Shown here one piece after another: positions 119,286 to 124,000 of a stretch of DNA of 124,000 nucleotides. The stretch is from positions 144,001-268,000 of the forward strand of contig NW_008806285.1 of NCBI RefSeq assembly GCF_000400465.1. The letters run 5' to 3'. Made by a program: the position numbers and the translations under genes. This DNA comes from Wallemia ichthyophaga EXF-994. Taxonomy: Eukaryota > Fungi > Basidiomycota. Each line of letters starts with the position of its first letter. Within the stretch, counting starts at the first letter, position 1. The notes beneath the pieces are model-generated. The model saw only the letters and a program-made list of their open reading frames with translations, made no database searches and had not been told where the DNA came from.

Positions 119286-120101
119286 ATGCCCAACCCCACG
119301 CAACAATCGTACCGAATCAGAAACTGGGAAATAAAGACGCAAAAGTCGACGATACCTTCAATGCCCGAAAGCGACGCCTTGGCTGCTGAACTCGGGATCC
119401 CAATACCAGAGATGACATTCCTATCGAGTGGAGTGGAGGTGCTAGACACAGATAGCGGATTTAAGTTAAGTTTCAATGCGCGTGATGCACTACGTGGAGT
119501 GAGCAAACAGAATGAATTGAGGGTATCTTACGCCGATCACTGGCGAAGCAGTCGACAACCGCACGAAGCATCCACCATACAGCCTAGTCAGCCATGGGAC
119601 TGGACTTACAGTACGACATACAGCGGCAGCACAGAAAGTGAAAGAGCACACTGGCAGCCCATCCCCACCACTACACCAGTCATTCCCATCGATAAACTCA
119701 GTGACACCACCCAGCCTATCCTCTTCTACGACGATGTGCAACTTTACGAAGACGAACTAGGCGACAACGGTCAAGTAGGTCTTAATGTGAAAATACGCGT
119801 TATGCCTTTCGCTTGGTTCATCCTTCAGCGCTTCTTCCTCCGTGTGGATGACGTCCTCTTTCGCATGTACGACGTGCGCGTTTATCACGATTTCAGCGGC
119901 AATGTCGTCTCGCGTGAGTGTGCGGGCTGGGAGGCGGGTTGGGAGGCTATGAAGCAGTGTCTGCCCCCTCATACACCTAACATTCTTTCAGATGAACCTG
120001 TCATCCAGGCAACGCTGCGCACTATGGAGAAATACAACACGCATACTAATTGCACGCAATGGAAGGGACTGGGGTGTGTGAAGGAGGTGTGTGAGTTGTG
120101 A
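119286..120101 (+). CDS. TIP41: TIP41/TIPRL PP2A regulator
   Basis: GIPIPEMTF, WDWTYSTTY, DELGDNG, RFFLRVDDVLFR. Confidence 0.92.
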   Translation: MPNPTQQSYRIRNWEIKTQKSTIPSMPESDALAAELGIPIPEMTFLSSGVEVLDTDSGFKLSFNARDALRGVSKQNELRVSYADHWRSSRQPHEASTIQPSQPWDWTYSTTYSGSTESERAHWQPIPTTTPVIPIDKLSDTTQPILFYDDVQLYEDELGDNGQVGLNVKIRVMPFAWFILQRFFLRVDDVLFRMYDVRVYHDFSGNVVSRECAGWEAGWEAMKQCLPPHTPNILSDEPVIQATLRTMEKYNTHTNCTQWKGLGCVKEVCEL

Positions 120102-120254
120102 GTTGTGAGAGTTGAACGGTGATGGTATTCATGTTGATTGATTATGCGACTATTTAATACAAAGCTTGTAGAGCTTGAGTGTTTGTGGGTGTGTGAGGAG
120201 TGTTAGATGTGCAAGAGGTGTGCATACGCTTGTGTATTGCTTATAGATTTCACC

Positions 120255-121538
120255 CTACACCAACCCCTTTTCCTCAATCTTGGCAGCTGTAGCTTCGATC
120301 TGCGCCAGTGTGTTAGACAAGCACTCCATACCATAATACAATACGAAACCCACCAAAGAAGCGACCGATTTGATTTGTGCATCCCACCCATGTGTGTGTG
120401 GAGCATAAGCAGCTTCAAATTGTCTATCATCTTCCTGCGCAGCAGCCACATGCGCCGCACCACCCAAGTCGCCTTCGTGGGTAGCATGTGAAGGAGTGAA
120501 CACGATAACGGCATCGACCTGATCAATATAAGCTTCTAATCTCGACTGTACTATCATAGTGGATGCAATAGTTTCAGCACCGTAGGACGATAAATTGAGT
120601 AATGCACCTAGACGCGTGAAGGTGATGTTATCGAATATCTTACTAGCTGCCAACAAATTATGCTCAATCATCGCACGTTCGAGCACATTCGTAGGCGTAT
120701 GTTTTGCCCCTTGCTCGTCCACGTTATTGTGCGTGTAGCTGATCTGCGCTATTTGATGTGCAGATAGGTGTTCAGCAAAAGATGCTATGTCGTCTGCTGA
120801 TAAAATTCGCTCGAGGAATACCTTCTCGAGTATTATGTGGTGTTGTGTAGAACGACTCCTTTCGTCGCGGTAGAGTGATGCGAGGATGCGACTGCGTTTA
120901 GGACCAGCTGGTGCAAGTATAGCAGTAACTATCGCAGCCGAAAGAGAACTTAGTCTATCTTCATAATCGAGATCAGCTTCATAGCTCAGTTGCTGGAAGA
121001 TAGTGGCAGATCTTATAAAGTCGCGCTTGTAGTCGAGAATTCTAGCCTGACTCAGTTTGAAAGACAGGATAAGTGATTTATTCGTCGTGGTGTGTATCAC
121101 TGTCGCGGCCTTGTTGAGATAAGACTCGGAACTTATAGAGTCATCGACTTCCAAATACAGTCTGACAATCTTGATGTACGTGTCGAGCTTACTATCGATA
121201 CTCTCAAGTAAATCGAAGTTCAGCTTCGTTAATTCGTTCGCAGCGCTCGACAAATCGTCAGCGTTGAAGTACAAATCGGATGCTTGGATATGGAGCTGAT
121301 TGTTCAGATGATCGTAGAGGCTGTAATGGCTAAGAATATCACACGCAGAAGCGATATTCTTCACCAAGCCAGATTTGATGAGGTGCTCTGTACATTGTTC
121401 AACAACAGACTTCTTCTGAATGAGGTTGTAGTTTGAGCTGAGAATTGAGTTGAGCGTATCTGCGATGTTTCCATCCAACTGCTCAAATAGCAGAGTATAA
121501 TTTTTGGCGTCGATTATCTCCTCAATACTCGTCATCAT
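120255..121538 (-). CDS. CSN4: COP9 signalosome subunit 4
   Basis: QARILDYKRDF, LAPAGPKRSRILASLYRDER, LERAMIEHNLLAASK, PCI domain. Confidence 0.92.
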   Translation of the reverse strand: MMTSIEEIIDAKNYTLLFEQLDGNIADTLNSILSSNYNLIQKKSVVEQCTEHLIKSGLVKNIASACDILSHYSLYDHLNNQLHIQASDLYFNADDLSSAANELTKLNFDLLESIDSKLDTYIKIVRLYLEVDDSISSESYLNKAATVIHTTTNKSLILSFKLSQARILDYKRDFIRSATIFQQLSYEADLDYEDRLSSLSAAIVTAILAPAGPKRSRILASLYRDERSRSTQHHIILEKVFLERILSADDIASFAEHLSAHQIAQISYTHNNVDEQGAKHTPTNVLERAMIEHNLLAASKIFDNITFTRLGALLNLSSYGAETIASTMIVQSRLEAYIDQVDAVIVFTPSHATHEGDLGGAAHVAAAQEDDRQFEAAYAPHTHGWDAQIKSVASLVGFVLYYGMECLSNTLAQIEATAAKIEEKGLV

Positions 121539-121561
121539 CGGTAGACCTAGAGAGAGGGAAA

Positions 121562-122110
121562 ATGACTTCAATTCAGAAAGCAATGGGTCTTGAATTTTTG
121601 AAGTACAAGGTTAGTAACCTCGAAGGCAGCGTGGAGTACAAGCAGAGCGTCGTTGTCGATGTTACAGCGCTGTTATATGGGATAGAGGTGCTGAAGCGGT
121701 GGATACATGATAAAACCCATGTAATTATGATACCACTGCACGCAATAAACAGCCTGGATGTGTTCAAGGGGATGGGTGATGACGATATCCAGTACAGATC
121801 CCGCAATGCATCTGCGTTTATCGAAAAGGAGTTGAAGAAGCAGACGATAAAGCTGCAGGAGTCTATCCCACTCACCAGCAACCACTACACAAACATAATA
121901 AATTCACTTAAACTGACTTCAAACGCGTCCAAGCTGGTCGTCGTTGGTACTGGCGCGGACGTGGACAGACTCAATACAGATGAAATCACACAGCACACGC
122001 AGCAATCTGGCTACGACGTCGACTTGCTTTTGCCTGCAGAAATTGAAGATGCTGCACTGTGGTCAAAACAGAGGAAATTGAAATATTTGAATAAAAGTAA
122101 GAAGAAGTAA
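121562..122110 (+). CDS. Small PIN-like domain protein
   Basis: VVVDVTALL...IMIPLHAINSLDVFK resembles a PIN N-terminus; single-exon ORF. Confidence 0.5.
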   Translation: MTSIQKAMGLEFLKYKVSNLEGSVEYKQSVVVDVTALLYGIEVLKRWIHDKTHVIMIPLHAINSLDVFKGMGDDDIQYRSRNASAFIEKELKKQTIKLQESIPLTSNHYTNIINSLKLTSNASKLVVVGTGADVDRLNTDEITQHTQQSGYDVDLLLPAEIEDAALWSKQRKLKYLNKSKKK

Positions 122111-122237
122111 GAGGTTAGGGTCTGAGGACTACGAAACAAGATGAATGAGTGTCCATCCGCACTCAAGATAATCACACCACAGCCACAGCGCACACTTTTA
122201 GATTAGAGGAGATTGATCTTGTGTATATCAATTAAGT

Positions 122238-122465
122238 TTAAAATGCAGGCACCTTTAAATACGGTTAGAGCGTCTACAGCGCAGCTATCCAACTCACCAA
122301 CAAATCACCAGCGACTCTGATAAAACCAATTGATCCAATGAAGAAGGCTGATCCCCATACGATTGGCATGTTCTCTGGTGCGAAAGATGACTTCAAGTAC
122401 TTCCTGATAGTCGACTCATTGGTTGCTCCTTCGCTTGTCGTGAGGTAGGCTGGCTTGTCACTCAT
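122238..122465 (-). CDS. Small mitochondrial outer-membrane protein, Tom6-like
   Basis: SFAPENMPIVWGSAFFIGSIGFIRVAGDLLVPAF resembles the fungal Tom6 TM segment. Confidence 0.55.
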
Positions 122466-122560
122466 TTTGCGTTCTGGGAAGACGGACAGGGACAAACAGA
122501 CATATTCAAGATAACCGACGTAACAAAATATTATGACAAAAATTTAACAACAAAAACATT

Positions 122561-123400
122561 TTACAGCTTTTGCATAGCAGCAATATCAGTGGATTGGACG
122601 TGGTCCTCATCTGCCTCGACTTGCTCTTGGAGTTCTTCCAAACCGACCTTCTCGTCCTCAACGACGAGAGTAACTTGCAACTTGTTTACACCGTATCCAA
122701 CTGGGACAAGCTTGGAGAGACCCCAGGTAAGTCCATCAATCTCAATTGATCTCATGTTCTCCTCCAATTTCTTCATGTCTGTCTCGTTGTCCCATGGCTT
122801 CACGTCGAAGGTAACGACAGACTTCTGCACGGTCTTTGGCTTCTTTGACTTCTTCTCGTTGTACATAGCAACTCTCTCTGACTTGATACGCTCAGCTTCT
122901 GGGTCCTCATCGTCGGAGCCGAAGAGGTCAACGTCATCGTCCTCCTCCTTGGACTCGGCAGCTGGTGCTGGTGCTGCTGGTGCGCTACCTGCTGGGGCTG
123001 AGCCGTACAAGGAAGCAGCGAAAGCGCCACCGCCAAGAACATCAAATTGGTCCTTGAAGGTGCTGATGTGGTTGAACCATCTGCTGACGTTCTGGTATTG
123101 AGCTGGAGCGCTGCCTACTTGCTTGTAGACAAAGACGTCAGCTTGGGATGGGTTGTGTCTGGGGCTTGTTAGACGGGTGTAACGTGTGTAAGAGCGTATC
123201 AAGACAACAGCACACAATGCTCAGTAGTATTGGATTGTTTATCTGCATAAAAAGCGGGGTCTTAATCCGCACTAGGAAACACGGACCAATAGTAGAATCA
123301 TCATGTTGTGTGCTGTATGCCACGCTCTCCAGTTCTCCACTTACGCATCAACGTATGAGTTGTTTTGGAGGTGTTGATCGAGCTGCTTCAAATCAACCAT
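122561..123400 (-). CDS. EFB1: Elongation factor 1-beta
   Basis: [34 protein letters not shown]. Confidence 0.97.
123208..123315 (-). ncRNA. U18: U18 box C/D snoRNA in the eEF1B intron
   Basis: Minus strand: C box atgatga, guide ttggtccgtgtttc (complementary to LSU GAAACACGGACCAA), D box ctga, 9-bp terminal stem cagcacaca/tgtgtgctg. Confidence 0.92.
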
Positions 123401-123497
123401 CTTGTTATTTGTCTGAATGAAGAGAGAGAAGCCAGCGCAATCGCGAAGACTACATGTTGGAAAAATTTCTGCAAGAATTAAAAATCTTTTTTGTGAA

Positions 123498-124000
123498 ATG
123501 TTGAGCGAGAGTAGTGTAGCTTATAATAATAAGGTGTGTTTAATTCGTGCTTTCTGCCCAGCTAACGACGCAGCACTCGTTCGTCACTGGTGGCTCGCAA
123601 GGTCTAGGGATAGCGCTAGCCAGTGAGCTAGTGAATCGCGGGAGCAGTGTAACGATTTGTGCGCGCAACGAGTCCAAGCTTGCTGCCGCCGTTGCACAAA
123701 TCGAGGTGGGCAATGAGTGATGATATCGCGGGTGATATGCTCAACGCACAGCGCAGAAACACAGAAGCAATGACAATCAATTCATACACTACGTTTCTGC
123801 CGATCTGACAAAATATACGCAGGCTCTGCACGCTATAGAAAGAGCCACTGAGTTAGCATTAGCGACACAGAAGATGCCACCATCTCTCTTCTTCGCCTGC
123901 GCAGGATGCTCGACACCCGGCTGGTTTGCAGAGATGTCCATTGAGGAATTCGAGTGGGACATGCAGGCCAACTACTTCTCCGCATTGCATACTGCCAAGG
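123498..124000 (+). CDS. TSC10: 3-ketodihydrosphingosine reductase (partial, runs off window)
   Basis: FVTGGSQGLG, FACAGCSTPGWF, MQANYFSALHTAK. Confidence 0.85.

Overview
Very compact fungal (basidiomycete) genomic DNA with many short introns of about 40-55 nt. The gene content and extreme compaction suggest Wallemia, but this is inference. About 65 protein genes are recognisable, mostly housekeeping (RPL26, RPL17, RPL43, RPS5, RPP0, eEF1B, eIF1, eRF1, TUB1, kinesin-1, formin, IQGAP, BCK1, CTK1, PSD2, MET30, CCC2, VAC14 and others). The ORF track misses four ncRNAs: U2 snRNA, intronic C/D snoRNAs in RPP0 and eEF1B (U18), and an H/ACA snoRNA next to RPL26. The standout structure is a 6.0-kb island with no recognisable gene (72318-78317). 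It consists of two near-identical 1,885-bp inverted arms around a 2,230-bp AT-rich core and lies at the bottom of a regional GC trough. This is the architecture of small regional inverted-repeat centromeres (Komagataella, Candida tropicalis, S. pombe) and is a strong candidate centromere, possibly with an invertible core. Also noted: a pair of diverged pseudogene copies about 15 kb apart, divergent genes whose coding sequences overlap (VAC14/COA3), and a frameshifted DUF202 gene. Exon boundaries were read by eye and are approximate.
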